A stretch of DNA of 63,329 nt, filler included, from Reticulomyxa filosa (Eukaryota; Protista; Foraminifera): NCBI GenBank assembly GCA_000512085.1. It is 20 parts of 20 records of this genome, joined end to end, with 100 filler letters (N's around TTAATTAATTAA, not from the genome) between each part and the next. Parts side by side here need not be neighbours in the genome. Positions count along the whole stretch, not along the records: positions 1 to 7,502 come from ASPP01012189.1; positions 7,603 to 9,169 come from ASPP01026491.1; positions 9,270 to 11,865 come from ASPP01029179.1; positions 11,966 to 13,078 come from ASPP01017705.1; positions 13,179 to 15,597 come from ASPP01001630.1; 15 more parts are not named here. The stretch is one strand, 5' to 3'. Below are positions 1-13,457 of this stretch, one piece after another (the stretch's first letter is position 1; every line of letters starts with the position of its first letter). The notes under the pieces are model-generated. The model made no database searches. It was not told the DNA's origin and was given only the letters and a program-made list of their open reading frames with translations. A program made the translations under genes and the position numbers.

Positions 1-3000
1 AAAAAATAAGAGAAAAAAGTTAAAAAATACAAACAAAAAAAGGGGATGTACAATCTTTCTAATGTCAGCACCGTTGTGCAGAGTAAAAAGTAAAGATATC
101 GAGATTGTAGATGAAAACGTGACGTATTTAAATCCGAATCGCGGGCTTGTGTGGAGGAGCTGCTGTTTTTGTTGTTCGCAGTTTTTATTATTAACCTTTA
201 CGCGACGTCCTTTCAAAAGCGAAGATGACAGTGGCCATAATCTTTTTTTTGGCATCGACGTATTCGATGTGCATTGCGAACGTGTTAACTGAAAAAAAGT
301 CAATAGAAAAGAAGTTTCCAATGATAGTACTTACAGACTTTGGTTTCGACTTTGCAGGTAATTTTTTTTTAAAGAAATAAACGTGGAAAAAGTATCTCTT
401 TTCGAAATGTCACAACATTGATTGTTATTATTTTTTAAAAAATTTGAAAAAAATTCCAATTGAAAAAAGAAAGATTCACGATATTGCAAAAAAATTGGAT
501 TTGTTTTTCTTGTGAGATAACAATGTACAAAAACAAAAATTGTAATGCTGTTTTGCATCAAAGTCAAAAAACGGATCTAAACTACTAAAAACATTAACTA
601 AACATAATAGTGTTGTTCAAAAAGTTTTCGCATATGATCAAAAATACAATAAAAACTTTCGTTTTGTAACCACGATATGCAAAAAAAACAAACATTTCAA
701 AATTTAAAAAAAGGGAAAAAAGGCAAAAAATGAAAGTAAAAGTTTCTGTCTGTCGTCGTTCTACGACGCCGGACAAAAACTATTACTTTTTCTTTTTTGT
801 CTTTTTTTCATTTTTTTGATTAACGACAAAAATCTAGCTATATAGGTATAAAACAATTAACGATATGATATATTAAAAGACAAGTAGTTGATTATCTTTT
901 TAAAAAGGTCAATGCTACAAGACATCAATATCCACTTCAGATATACACGCAAGCAGCAGTGAAAGCTTTATTATTTGTTGATAAAACACAAACATTACAA
1001 GCTAAAAAATAAAAAACTTGAACCAAATCACCCCATATGACACTTTTTTTAAAAAACTAGTTAATTTTTAAAAATTTGTTCAAAAAATAAAAAATGACCA
1101 TTAAGCACAACACTAAAAAAACAGCAGAAAGCACAAATATGCGGAAATTGCAAAAAAGTTCATCAAAAGAAACATTGAAAAAAAAAACACTTCCTAAGTC
1201 AACAAAAAAATCACAGCTAAGTTTTTCGAACTAGTAATTAATTTTTCCATTCCCTTGTATTGTCTTAGTCTATGGTACTGTCGACAATAATTTTCTATTC
1301 ATACCAGACAAAAAAAATACTGATTATTTAAAAACACTTATGTATTTACTAAAAAAATTATTCTAATTTCACTTTCCTGATACTAAACAGCTAGTATATT
1401 TTACAAATATGTATAACATAGCATTGGTCTTTGCTTGGTTCTGCCATACAATGCAATAAAAAAAAAATAGACATATATTTTTTTTATCTTAGCTAGTCAT
1501 TAATAAAAAGACAATTATGTATAATAATGTTCGCTTTGCAATGTTTAGTTAAATTTTCTTTGAGCAACTCGAAACACATGTTTGTTGATGATATACCACA
1601 CATTAGTTTCGGCACGTTATCCAATGTTCTTTTGTTTAGATTTTTGTCTAGTAGTTCTATCAGTAAATCCAATGCAAGAACAGTCTATCGAAAAACTGTT
1701 GTTGTTTAATAAACATTTGCATGACAATTCGATTGACTACATATTATCAATTACAAATTACTTTTTTTCAAATCGAATGTTACTATAATGACCAGTGCAT
1801 ACAAAAAAAATTGTTTTAAGTTCAAAAAAAAGTGTTGTTCGGAAAAAAAAAGTAGTGAATACCAACAAAAAGATCACGATAACACAAATCAGTAATACTT
1901 TACTCTTATCGTCAACAATAACAATTAAAATCAGCTTCACAAATTTCGTGCTTATAATGACGATAGTCGAAATATATCAACCTTTTCTAGTTTGGAGTTT
2001 GCATCTTCTATTGAAGCACAAAGTAACGTTCGTTAACTTAATGGTCACTTGTCAAAAACTTCAATTATGATATTAAATTCAATACTTTTGCTTTCTTTTG
2101 AATCTATCTTGCATTGACGAAGTGGCTGTTGGAGCATTATTGTTGTCATTTGGATTACAACAATGCTACTGTAAGACTATACGGTTCAAAAGGCTTGTGG
2201 CGACATCAGACAAACATGTGATGCCAGTTGTAGCTTCTCGATCAGCTTCGTCAACATGGATTTGCTGTTGGCAGTGTTGTAAAATGATCGACCTCCTTTT
2301 GATACTGTTGATATCCGATTTCAAAATACTCCAAAATGCTTATATCCAACTCATCCACCATTTTATTCTCTCCCAATTGAGTTAAATTGTGTGTTCCGCA
2401 TATTGTTCGGTAATCGTGCTGACAATTTATTCAATCTTTTGCTATCTTCGTTACTAAGGACAAGTATCCATCTGTAATAAATCCAAACTTTTCCCAATAC
2501 ATACGCCTATAATTCCCCGTTTTTTTAAACTGGTCCACATTTGCAATATTTTAACTACTTTTTACAAGGCAAAACTAAATTTTGTACATCACATCAATAT
2601 TTGACAATTTATGAAAATTGATTGAATGAATATTTTTTTTGGTACATCAAATCAACTTTTTGGTTCTTTATTTATTCTCTATGAAATAATTCGCTATTGA
2701 CAGTTATATGTTCAAAATTCAGCACCACCATGCATTGAAAACGGATTTTAATATTTTTGCTTCTTTGACTTTCGAATAAATCAACTCCCAACAAAGATGC
2801 AAAATTTTGTTTTCTTTTCAATGTTGTACATTTTTTCTTAAAAAAGCCCTTTTTGCATTTTTTTTTGTTTATTTTTTTTAGTGCGTTTACTGTTTTTTTT
2901 GTATCATTGAAATTTTTTTAAAATCTCTTTTCAATTTTGATATGTTATGATATTGTAATTATTACCTGATATTTGTTATTGTGGGTTATTTATAAACAAT

Positions 3001-6000
3001 CCCTGTTTGCTGCGATCCTTGTTTTTTTCAACAATAGGCACGCGTGCGCGTAGACATAAAGATGTGAGGAACCGCTAATAGTCGTTGTTTTTGCCCGACC
3101 TGATGAGATGTGAGAAAATAGTCCATTTTATATGGCCGTAGCTCCAACGACTCGACAGCGCGTTTGTCCATGAACAGCATAGGAGCTGCTTCAATGGATA
3201 ACAACGCGCTTTGGGGATTACGATTCCGATCTACGCGTGTTAGAGGATATCAACTGTCAGTTTACAGTCGCTTGTAGTCCTCATTATTTTTGGTGGTCAC
3301 GTCAAAAAATTCAAATCAAAGACAGCCGTTATATGTACAATGTCTTCCCGTTCATTGTCCTGCCTTTTCGATTTTCAAAATGTTTTATTCATACTTTACT
3401 TGGCTATTAATGTGTGAATGTATTCCATTGGGTCAAGATTGATGTATTGTGGTTATTATTCATGTGTTACCTATTCTGCTATTTATTGATGGATATTTTT
3501 TTGTTTATTTGTTTCATTGTTTTTAAATTTTGATTTCAAATTTATGTTAAAGTAATGATAATTTAAAATATTAATGAATACTCAAGATTCTGCATTGATA
3601 CAAATTATTCGACTAATAATATATTTTTTATTGTTACGTGAATATCACTTTCTTCATAATGCAAGCATGTAATGTGGCCTTGGTTTGCCTGCAGAACACC
3701 GACTTGCATATTGCACGCACTTTGTCGCGAATAAATCGCGATCATAGTAAGCGCTATATTGCGCTGACGACTGACTTGGCTCCAAAAAACATTAATACTA
3801 GTATATGGAACACATGAACACATCGTCCAAAACTAAAATGTGCCGGAACTCGAAACGACACTTTCAATCACGAACCAATATTCAACTCCTTTTTTTAATG
3901 TGGTATTTCTAAGCTCCAAACTTTTAGATTTTTAATAAACAAAAAAAAAAGAAAAAATTTGTTTATTCAACTCTTTTGACATGAAATTGACGAGGAACTA
4001 ACAATATTTTCGTCACTAGTTCTTCACCAGACACAAAATTTGCTGTGAAACTGTAGAAAAAAGGAAAAAAAAGTCCTCACTAACAGCAAACTTAAAAATT
4101 TATTTTTTCGCAATAAAGAAATATAACTGCCATTTGAATGTACAAAAGAATTCGAATTTGTTAAAAGAAATTTGTGACAAATACATATCCTTTTTTGGCA
4201 ACGTACACGCAAAGTCACTTTGCAAAAAATACCTTTTTGTGCAAATGCATTTTACTATTTGTGCAATAACTTACGCACCTGGCATTCATAAAAAAGAATT
4301 TTTGATCTTGTTTGTCAGTGTTGTTTTATAATTGAAACTGAACGATAAATACAAATTACACAAACGAATAACAACGTAGCAGCTCGTAGTTATAACAAAA
4401 ACAATTTTATTTAAACGACAACACACAAAGAAAACAAATATGTTAAAACAAAAATCATTTGCGAAATGAAAGTACAACTAGTCCACAATGTTCGCAAATA
4501 TATTTTTAAACTGAATGTATAAGCACATTTATTGATCCCACACATTGCCCATTTTTCAATTGGCAAGCAAAGACCAGGAATAACCTTTTCATATGCTGTT
4601 CACAACCAAGATGACAGGCAAAAAAAAAAAAAAAATGGAACTAAGTCGTCCTATTCTATCCCTTGCAAAAGAATTTTTAAAAGTAGTCTTAGTGCTCCAA
4701 TACTCATTTTTCTCTTTTAAACGTACTAGCTTCGACTCTTATGCAAAATTTTTACTTGTTATTGAGTATTTTCCATTTGCGCAACTGAAAATATTTCGTT
4801 TTGAACCTTAGAATTTTTAGGATTTTCTACTATATCTGTGTCATGCACGTGTCTGATGTATTAATCTTGTCGCTTGCTTCTTCTGTTATATTTTTTGATA
4901 TTTGGAACTGAGTTAATTCTTTTTTTTATAAACCGCTTTCTCTTATTCCTTTTTTTGTTGACAAGGAAGATGTACGTTTGATGTGACCAATAGAATTTGA
5001 GGAAAATAACAATAAGTACGGAATGTTAACCCAAATTGTCAATTTTTGTGTTTGTTTTTTTACTCGTTTTGTTGTTGTTAATTGTGGCGTATTTATTTGG
5101 TCTCTTTATAGTCATGGCATAAAAAAGCAAAACAAATGCACCGTCTTTTGAGTTGTGGCATTTGAGTATATCCAACTGCAACACTCTTCTCAAGTTGAGG
5201 GGGACAATAAGGAATTGTCCCAATAATCTTTTAAAGTTAACTGACACAATACTTTTTTATGTGTTTAGTGGAATTGGTTCATTTTTCCAAAAAAAATTCT
5301 TTGACAAAAGCAGAGTTTTTCTTTGAAAAAATATAGACAGATCGAGCTGAAAATTTCACATCTTGAAGCAGAAAACCAAAGAATAGCAAACTTTTCTCCC
5401 ATTCTTCGCTTTATCTCTTTGAAAAATGAATGAAATTCTTATAATTGGGAAAAATAAAATCGGGAGATTGCAATTATCCAAGGAAAAAGCGGCGTTCAAG
5501 TGCAATGATTTTAACAATAGAGAAACTGGCTCAGTTGGGAATTGTTTGAACAAATCCTTATTACAACTCCATCCTCTTCACTTAACTGCGAGGCCTTTTT
5601 TCTCGAACAAAAAGGAGATAAAGGGAGGATGTTGTGTGTTGGATATCTCAACAATGCACTCTGCCAACGCTGCTTCCTAGACAATCGTTTGATTGGCCTG
5701 ACTCGATAATGTTTTAACTATAGCTGCGCTCGTCGCAGCTCCCTAAATTTCCAATTTCAATGAATTATACTAATACTAATTTAACAACAATTACAAAATA
5801 TGCTTCTAATTGTTGGTAGATATTTTTATGGTTATTAACCCTTTAACACTTCATATGAGGAATTGTTAAATGCCATAAATAAAAAATTATACATCATCAC
5901 ACTTTTTTGTGATGTATTACTGAGAATTAACAGAAAAATGTATTCATCATAAAAAAAAGTAAATAAAAAACAAGCTACCTGTCATTTTGACAGGATTTTG

Positions 6001-6678
6001 ATTGTATGAAGAAGTATGCCTTGCAACCTTTTTTCCTAAAATTTACTAACAACTTGCATATCGTGTTTCTTGTTTGGTGAATTGTTTATTGTTAATAACT
6101 TTCTTTGATTTAATTCTTTTTTGTGAAACGTAGCAATACTTCCGTATTACACTTTGGCCAGTCAGCACATCTTGCACGCATGATAGTTATTACTTTTGAA
6201 ATTAATTTGTTGTCATTAAAGAAATGTTGTATCGAAATGAAACAAATCTTTCCAGATTCAATTGTACATCCTTTTTTGTTAGTTTTACAAGTAAATCGTA
6301 CAACGGATAGCCCCTTATAAAAATAAAAATTTCAATGCTGTCAAGCAATGAACACAACACGAATGTGTTGGATCTCTTCTTGAAAAAGGAAACGATGCAA
6401 AAAAACATATTAAAAAACAACTCAACTTTTCAACATCAGATGATCAAATTTACAGAAAACATCAAAAAAGGAGAAGAAAAAAAAAGGTTATGAATGGACA
6501 CATTTTGTTTGTTTTTTTTTCTTCTCTCCTTGTCCAAGCAAAACAAAAACAAAAAAAAAATCACAAAACAGACAAGTACAGACAACCAATCAACCAAAAA
6601 AAAAAAAAAAAAAGGGTCCAACAAAAACAAAAAAAAAAAAGACAGAAAAAGAAAAAGGGTTGTAAGGATTATAATGGT

Positions 6679-7502
6679 TTAGGGATGTTGTGCAATGACA
6701 GCTCGAACGATTTTATCTCGATCAGCAATGCGTTCAGCTGGCAAGCGCAGAAGCAAATGAACAATTTTATTAAGTTTTTCAATTTGATGACTGGTAGTGG
6801 TGACGAGTTGTATTTTGGACTGTACAGAGTGATTTAATTCCTCGGTTAACTGTTGGACGAGCAAATCTTTTTTGTGCAGTTCTTGTTTCAGTTCGGAGAT
6901 GCGATTTTGCATTTCCTGCGTCTGTTGAAGGATGTCACTGTCATTTTTGCTGATGGGATGAATGAGACGCGAGGGTTCAGTGGCAGTAATGTCTTGTGGG
7001 ATCCCAGAAAAAGAAGGCCACTGAAAAGAAGAGCTCGTTCCACTTCCACTGTCTTTGGACAGATGTTCGCCGTCAGGATTGAGTATGATTTTGGACTTGC
7101 GAGGAGCGCCTTCGCCATCGCCAGGAGACACAATGGATCGATTGGGAGTGATATAGACCTTCGTGGGTACAGCATGGCTTGCAGTGGAGGAGTCGTAATG
7201 ATGATGATGAGGATGGAAAGGATGAGAATAGGAATGAGGATGATGTTGCTGCTGACCAGAAGACCCTGGCACTAATGACGAGGAGGACGACAAAGTTATG
7301 GCAGCGTTGGAATTGATCGGGATTCCATTTCCCGTGGCTTGAGCAGTGGTGACGCCATTTGAAATAGGCACGACTGCACCTGTACTGGTGGATATGCTAA
7401 TACCTATTCCGGTGCCATTACTCGTATTTCTACTTGTCGTTGTTGTTGTCGTCGTCGTCGTCGTCGTTGCCGTTGCCGTTGCCGTGGTCATATTGCCATT
7501 GA
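6679..7502 (-). CDS. 3' exon of a hypothetical protein: T/S/H/Q low-complexity region followed by a C-terminal coiled coil (5' truncated)
   Basis: Frame is open from the contig edge to a TAA at 6679. GC is higher than in the flanks. Heptad segment LQQTQEMQNRISELKQELHKKDLLVQQLTEEL. Confidence 0.75.
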
Positions 7503-7602
7503 NNNNNNNNNNNNNNNNNNNNNNNNNNNNNNNNNNNNNNNNNNNNTTAATTAATTAANNNNNNNNNNNNNNNNNNNNNNNNNNNNNNNNNNNNNNNNNN
7601 NN
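7503..7602. other. Artificial contig-joining spacer (N44-TTAATTAATTAA-N44), first of 19
   Basis: The identical 100-nt block with stops in all six frames starts at 7503, 9170, 11866, 13079, 15598, 17197, 19327, 25634, 27251, 29211, 30524, 35841, 43412, 44661, 46340, 47635, 49984, 54415 and 56601. Confidence 0.98.
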
Positions 7603-8810
7603 CGACATTGAAATAGTGATCGTAAAAAGAGATCAAACTCGTGAAGGACGCGCGTGTCCCCATAAGAAGATGGACGCAGTGTGCTTTCCGGGCTTGAAAG
7701 CTTTGTCGAATTTCAGACGCTTTGCTCGCTTCATGCCTTGGGCAAACTGTTGAATGCTGGCTTGCGTTTTCGACGCGTCTTCCTCCTTTGTTAGGTCCAA
7801 TTGCATTTTGGAACCCGACGGCAATATCACACTCGATTGTGTGGGATTTGATGCATTCAATGTACGCGTACTTTTCATTTCACGTTTCGATACCATTTCT
7901 TGACGATTCATCATACCCTATCATACATATGTGCAAACAATATACTTTTATAAATATATCTGTACGCTAGCAATTACAAAAAAAAAATAATAAAAAAAAA
8001 TCAACTTTTTGACGCATATTAAGCATTGACTTTGATTCGGCCATGTTTTTTAAGTCGTGATAATGCTTGGCTTCTCCAATCATTCGCTGACGCATTCTCT
8101 CCAATGTATCCACTAAATTCTTAGCTTCGACGTCATCTTTCAATTGAAAATGAAAAGGTCTTTCTTGCGAATTTATCTTTTATATATGTACATAATATTA
8201 TAATTAGTTGTTGATATCGTATCATAAAAAAAAAAAAAAACGTATACGTATTTTTTTAAAATTTTTTTTTTAATAAAAACCTGAATGGCTTTGTCGTATT
8301 GATCACTCAAAGAAACAAAAATGTTAGGTTCCAATAAAGAGATCATGTTCAAAGGGAACTGAGACTTATCGTTACTTCGAAAAATTAAGATGCGATTTTT
8401 GACGACAACCATTTGCCTGGACGCCCATTTCAACTTGCCTTTTTTAAAGCATTCCGTTTCCAATTCGGCTTTGGCGCCAACGCCTATCGCCACTTCTTTG
8501 AACTTTCCTGCTGGAATGCTGGCCAGTAGCTGATGCAATGAGTCGCGGTCTTGCTCACTGTCACAAAAGAAATGCAATGGCTCTTTGCCATTGTTGAAAA
8601 ATATCATCACTGCATTGTCGTATTTCATATTTGTAAATACGCACATCACCGATTTAAATGGATACACCGTCGAATCTTCTTCATGCTGCGCAATGTTTAT
8701 CTCTTGCTTATTGATATTTATACATATCAACCAACGGTTCTCTTTGTTCGATTTTTGATCATTCGCTGTGAAGTAGCCTCCCCACACGAGTAAACTTGTG
8801 TCCACGTTTT
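7603..8810 (-). CDS. Tandem PH-domain protein, multi-exon, partial
   Basis: Exons ~8810-8281, 8176-~8006 and 7917-7603 with GT-AG ends. A PH-like unit (WLICININKQEINI...PLHFFCDSEQDRDSLHQLL) is followed by a PH unit (CFKKGKLKWASRQMVVVKNRILIF...PFHFQLKDDVEAKNLVDTL). Confidence 0.7.
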
Positions 8811-11231
8811 CTATTCATTTCCAATCATTTTCATTTTTTTACTTAAAAAAGGACAGAAACGTCACTTGGTTGTAACCTTTACTTGTTTATTTATCTTTTT
8901 TTTTGAGAGAGAGCAACGAGATGCACAATTTTCACTTAACGCATTCTCCAATCTTTGCAATTTTTTTCAAAAGCTCAAAAAGAAAAAAATATTGCAGCTT
9001 CCCAACTTTAAAAATTTGCCTTCAGTAATCTCCCAGTGAAGAGAAGAATAACGCAATATTATGTAAAACCATTGTACCATTTACTTCGCACAGTATTAAA
9101 CAAATTATACATTAACTAAACAACTCTCCCAAAATATCAGCAGACGTCACTTTTTGAGCTAGTTTTTTTNNNNNNNNNNNNNNNNNNNNNNNNNNNNNNN
9201 NNNNNNNNNNNNNTTAATTAATTAANNNNNNNNNNNNNNNNNNNNNNNNNNNNNNNNNNNNNNNNNNNNTGAATACGTTATCAAAGAGAAACTTTGCTTA
9301 ACAAAAATAAAAAAATTATTATATAATCTCGTTATTTTGCAGAATTATAATAAAATTGATTTGGGAATATCCACTTGATTTTTTGCTCGTTATCTATATT
9401 ACATGAATTAACAGTATTTTATAATAAAGTTATATTATGACTTTTTTCAATTACATTGTCGAAGATTATGATACGTAAATTACATAAAACTAGTATGTGT
9501 TCGCTGCAGATTGGACCAGCTTACATATCTAATTATTAATTACATTCATTGCAATGAATTTTCATATTAAGTAGCATGATTATAACAAAGCTGCAATCAT
9601 GACTATTTCAAAATTTTTTTTTTGTTATTACATTAACTACAAATAAAATATCATAGCAACGAAATTTAAATATATAAAAAAACTTCATGTCGAAAAAAAA
9701 AATTGTCTGCTGGTAGAAAAAAAATGATGTTATTGCAAGTACATTACAACCATTACCAGATGGCAAATGAAGTATTATTTTGGAAAACAAAAGATGATCG
9801 ATATTTGTTGAAACAATACAATGTCAATTATTGTAATTTTTTTGCTTGTGTATCTACATTATATTAACATTATCTATTTAATGAATGCATAGCAAGTATT
9901 TTGATAAATATTTATAATAGTAACATAAAAAATGGTGACTAAATTTGAAGGAATTACATATTGGTCTTGGCAACAGATGGAAATGTGATAGAATTAAAGC
10001 TAAATACAAACTGTATTATTATAAACATGTTATTGAATCGATATGCACGCAACTGTTAACGCAGCAACGCAACAATATGAAGAATCGATTCAACGACATC
10101 AACATTTGAGTCAACAAATTAAATATCAAAATGAACGGTTGACTCTAAATGATTCAGTAACCTGCAATATATAAATCTGCGAGCTCTGACCATGCTGTAG
10201 ATACGAATGAAATAGATTTTCTATTACATGCACCTTCGGACAGCGGATGATAGGAGCTTTAAATAATAGTATTAGTGCATTGCAAAATCTTGGCATTGAC
10301 ATATTATGCAGTAGTCAACTTTCGTTCCCAGACATATAGCTTTTCATAGAAGAAATTATGCTACAAAATCAAATATCAAAACCAAATAATACATTTACTT
10401 GTAATTCAATTGAATGCACAACAGAAAAATATTTATTATATTGCAAAATCGAAGAATTGAATGAAACTATTGACAAATATAAATGTATTGTAACTGCAAT
10501 TAACGCTTGTTGTGAATTAAAATTTGAAACTAAAAAGAAAATATATTGACAATACAACAAATTCATCTAAAATATTAAACGAAGGAATAAAACGAATGAA
10601 ATATGAATATGACTAGAAAGCCATGAAGACTAGCAAGAAATTTCTTTGATAAATACAATGATAGTATTTTTAACATTATAAGTAATGAAAAATTTTATGC
10701 AAGTGAAAGTGCGCTACATATACCAATATAAATACCTGAAGTTCAAAGTAATAATAACAATATAAATGCTGGAAAATTGCACAATATACTTGGAAATGAA
10801 AATATAATAAGTGAATCACAAAAAAAAAATTTAAAATCATTTCTGGTGAACTCAAAGATCAATTACAGTCAACATTAACACAAAATTAGTGCAAAACTAT
10901 TACTAAATCGAAAAATAGCGATATCGAAGTTATAGATTCAGATGTCGAAATACCAATAAAAATCTACAAAAGCGAAAAAAAAATGATATTAGTGATGAAG
11001 ATACAACTGAAGCGATACCAAGCAAAAGGATCAGATTGGACAAAGACGAAAAAAACTTATTGAGAAAAAAGGCTGAAGAAAAACCAGTTGATAATTTCAC
11101 TAACAATAAATTAGATGAAATCTTACATTTGCTGCAAAACATCAATAAAAGAATTGATGATTTAAGTAAACAAATCACTAAAATCGAATATCTACCACCT
11201 TTCACAGTAGGCTTAGTAGTACGATCGGAAA

Positions 11232-11733
11232 TCATTTCATTAGTCTTCTCAAAATGTATTCTTTTCCGTCACTTACGAAACGATTTATTTTTGTTTCATC
11301 GGAAAAAATCACTTTTATCCACTCACTTTTGGTCCATGATTTGTGTTTTTTGGCGAATTCTAAACGTAACTTTTTATGGCGTTTAGTTAACCGATGTTTT
11401 TTGATACGTATGCGACCATTTAAACCATGGGATTTTAAAATGTTCTTCACAGTGCTCACGGGCCTCACGATACGACATTCACATAAGTATTCTTTCAAAT
11501 AAAATTACTTTTTGTATTCCAGACGGCTTATGAGCCATGACTAGAAGCCAAAGAACAATAAAAACAAAAAACTTGTTGGAATGTTGAAAGTTTAGATTGA
11601 AAATTGTGACCACAACTAAAGCGAGTCCAACAGGAAAACCAGAAAAAATAATCACAATTTGCTACTAAAATTTTTGTTAGAAACACAAAAAGTTCATATT
11701 TTAGGGTTGGCTAATTTTTTTTTGTCGCAACTG
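11232..11733 (-). mobile_element. Truncated Tc1/mariner DNA transposon: one terminus plus N-terminal transposase fragment
   Basis: ORF 11232-11498 has the Tc1 pattern STVKNILKSHGL..R.KK..LTKRHKKLRLEFAKKH..W...W..VIFSDETKIN, including the first catalytic D. On the minus strand TA|CAGTTGCGACAAAA begins at 11733 (TA at 11734-11735), as expected for a Tc1 terminus. The rest of the DDE domain is absent. Confidence 0.85.
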
Positions 11734-11984
11734 TAGTATAAACCTATGTTAAATAAACATTTGAATATTTTAATTGATATTTAAAAAAAAGAGAACAAAT
11801 GAACTGACATAATTAGTAACAAATTTGTCAAAATCTTTGATCTATCCAATTTGATCTTAAATATTNNNNNNNNNNNNNNNNNNNNNNNNNNNNNNNNNNN
11901 NNNNNNNNNTTAATTAATTAANNNNNNNNNNNNNNNNNNNNNNNNNNNNNNNNNNNNNNNNNNNNTGAGACTTATTTTTTTTTT

Positions 11985-12141
11985 AGATATTTTAAAGATT
12001 AAATTAAAACTTAAAATTTTTTTTTTACTACTTGTTGTTAATCTTTTCCTTTTTTGTTTGTTTTCATTAGAGTGCTGTGGTCCTTTTGTGACGAGGTGCT
12101 CATTTTAACTTGGATAAGATCTCATTGTTGCTAAAAAAAAA
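11985..12141 (+). repeat. Dispersed repeat ending in poly(A), probable non-LTR retroelement 3' end
   Basis: GTGCTCATTTTAACTTGGATAAGATCTCATTGTTGCT followed by A9 (12133-12141). A similar copy lies in reverse orientation at 60835-61020 on another contig. Confidence 0.7.
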
Positions 12142-12229
12142 GATTGGATATTCCAACTCCAGCCATTGTGGTAAATATGGAACATTTGGTATTTGATGTG
12201 AATCATCAGCTTCATTGATGCATCCACGG

Positions 12230-12500
12230 GATATTCGACCATCTAATTTAAATTCATTTCTCATTTTATTTCAATCCATTTCTCCAAACACTATCATACG
12301 CTACAGATATATCCAATGACACGCATAAGTCACTGAATTGCAATCGAATGACTTGTGAATCGTCTCAGTATCTCAATAACAATTGGCCTATAATTTTTGC
12401 ACTGATTATGATCTATGTCAATAGCACAATATTTGCCTTTTTCCATGCATTAGGCATATATCCCCAATGATTGAATCATTGCGTTGCCACCATTTTTGAG
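12230..12500 (-). pseudogene. Degenerate LINE-type reverse transcriptase fragment
   Basis: Minus-strand translation across stops and frameshifts gives LKNGGNAMIQSL, KANIV, DHNQCKNYRPI and VSLDISVAYDSVWRNGL. These match the non-LTR RT motifs NYRPI and LDxxxAYDSVW. Confidence 0.75.
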
Positions 12501-13217
12501 AAAGCACTCGCGCCAGCAACGTGCGAGGAGCCGCAGTCACTAAAACCAAAGAAAAGGCCCGGAAACCGAAGGCAAGACCCTGAAGGCCTGGAGACTAAAG
12601 GAAAGCCCCGAAAAACCAGGAAACCAAAGAATCAAAGAAAAGGCTCACGAAGGCCAGGAAACCAACACTTGAAATGCTTCAACAATTTTATGTTTGTTTT
12701 GTTTTTGCAATAGTTTTATTCAATTTTGTAAGGGGAGTGTTGAATTTTACCTATTTTAATTTGATTGAAATTTACCTTCGAAGCATACGACGTCACTTGC
12801 TGAAGTCTCGTAGGGTCTGGGGGACCCTTGGATTCCCTCTAAGCTGCACAGAGGTGATGCAAGGCAATAAGCTGTGTGATGATCACAAAAGTTTTGGGTT
12901 TAAATTTAAATGTTGAAGCTTGAATGTTATTTGTTGGTTACTTTTTATAACGTATTGTATTATTTACAATATTTTCCTTTTATCAATTCAACAAATTACA
13001 TTCTTTCACGCTAAAAAAAATGTATCATAGCTTTAATAACTTCTTCTTTTGTAATATCATTTTGATGAATATCACTCANNNNNNNNNNNNNNNNNNNNNN
13101 NNNNNNNNNNNNNNNNNNNNNNTTAATTAATTAANNNNNNNNNNNNNNNNNNNNNNNNNNNNNNNNNNNNNNNNNNNNAAATAAATAAATAAATAAAAAA
13201 TATATATATGTATATAG

Positions 13218-13457
13218 GCATCAAATGCTGGAGGAGTGGCAGTTAGTGGATTAGAAATGTCACAAAATAGTCAACGAACACAATGGCCACGTGAAGAAGT
13301 AGACAGAAAATTACGTCAAATTATGCAAAACATCTTTGACAATATAAGTTCAACTGCAGCTGATTTAGGAAAATCTGGAGATTATCAATTAGGCGCTAAT
13401 GCAGCGGGCTTTAAGAAAGTTGCTGATGCCATGTTCGAACAAGGAATGGTCATGTAA
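13218..13457 (+). CDS. gdhA: NADP-type glutamate dehydrogenase, last exon
   Basis: Acceptor tatatag| then ASNAGGVAVSGLEMSQNS...W.REEVDRKLRQIMQNIF...GANAAGFKKVADAMFEQG*, the canonical GdhA C-terminus. Confidence 0.95.
   Translation, partial: ASNAGGVAVSGLEMSQNSQRTQWPREEVDRKLRQIMQNIFDNISSTAADLGKSGDYQLGANAAGFKKVADAMFEQGMVM

Noticed and set aside
3095-3125. Hammerhead-ribozyme-like CTGATGA...GAAA
   Set aside because: Stem II lacks the closing G-C pair (GATGTGA before GAAA), and I could not build stems I and III.
62-6420. Many 60-95 aa ORFs in AT-rich regions (also 9608-10566, 13501-15095, 51590-54408)
   Set aside because: They lack recognisable motifs and consistent splice structure. Some stretches look like decayed gene copies but cannot be named.
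6436-6837. Lys-rich or Phe-rich ORFs here and at many intron or contig edges
   Set aside because: They are translations of poly-A/poly-T tracts in UTRs and introns.
7547-7558. TTAATTAATTAA recurring 19 times as a biological repeat
   Set aside because: It is always centred between two runs of exactly 44 N, which marks it as a six-frame-stop linker added during contig concatenation.
7603-7730. Kinesin-motor-like start (KRLKFDKAFKP...) after the tandem PH domains
   Set aside because: It requires an assumed +1 frameshift, and the contig ends before any P-loop could be seen.
12553-12665. CRISPR-like repeat-spacer array
   Set aside because: The repeats are only ~14 bp and degenerate, the spacers are too short, the context is eukaryotic, and there are no cas genes.
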